Shown here piece by piece: positions 63,766-64,000 of a DNA stretch of 64,000 nucleotides. The stretch is taken from assembly GCF_006345805.1 (NCBI RefSeq), contig NC_042999.1, positions 157,976,001 through 158,040,000 of the forward strand. Direction: 5' to 3'. This DNA is from Octopus sinensis. Lineage: Eukaryota. The translations under genes and the position numbers were made by a program. Position 1 is the stretch's first letter; the number at the start of each line of letters is the position of its first letter. The notes beneath the pieces are model-generated. The model worked only from the letters and a program-made list of their open reading frames with translations. It searched no databases and was not told where the DNA came from.

Positions 63766-63897
63766 GATTAAATAATTAAATTTAGAAAAATTAAAAGAAA
63801 AGTTTTTTTAAAGAATATTTGTATAGTGTTCAAATATAAGTGGCATTTTCCTTGTTTCTGCCTTTCTCTGTCTCTCTTGTTTACACTTATATGTAAA

Positions 63898-63938
<41 letters not shown>

Positions 63939-64000
63939 TTGAATAATTGAATGAATTATCTTATTAAGGATAATTCGAAAGATAACCGATACCTGGGTAG

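Noticed and set aside
63945-64000. GAATTATC/GATAATTC hairpin followed by GAAA
   Set aside because: The core and stem III do not match a hammerhead, and the context is cut by the window end.

Overview
AT-rich, repeat-saturated animal genomic DNA, most likely octopus/cephalopod (inferred from the tRNA-derived SINE families, extreme microsatellite load and TTAGGG repeats). There is one 100-N gap. The only host gene I can support is a + strand class C GPCR (Venus-flytrap domain, mGluR/CaSR-like): coding exons 29630-30464 and 47987-48202 are joined in matching phase across a 17.5-kb intron. The rest is SINEs, decayed LINEs (CR1/L2, RTE, R4/Dong-type RLE), Penelope-like elements (PLEs), Tc1/mariner, Chapaev3 and Helentron remnants, MITEs, microsatellites and rRNA fragments. 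Most listed ORFs are microsatellite artefacts. Main discovery: at least 11 minimal type I hammerhead-ribozyme-like motifs in PLE pseudo-LTRs (pLTRs). They include two non-canonical cores (UUGAAAA = U3-A8 swap; CUGUNGA = A6U). Several occur as fold-back pairs in (TA)n whose symmetry centre lies just 5' of the ribozyme. Also notable: an 8-bp-TSD GGATC-terminal MITE family carrying telomeric repeats, and a mosaic of divergent but structurally conserved 18S/28S fragments. All folds and alignments were done by eye; ribozyme activity is untested.
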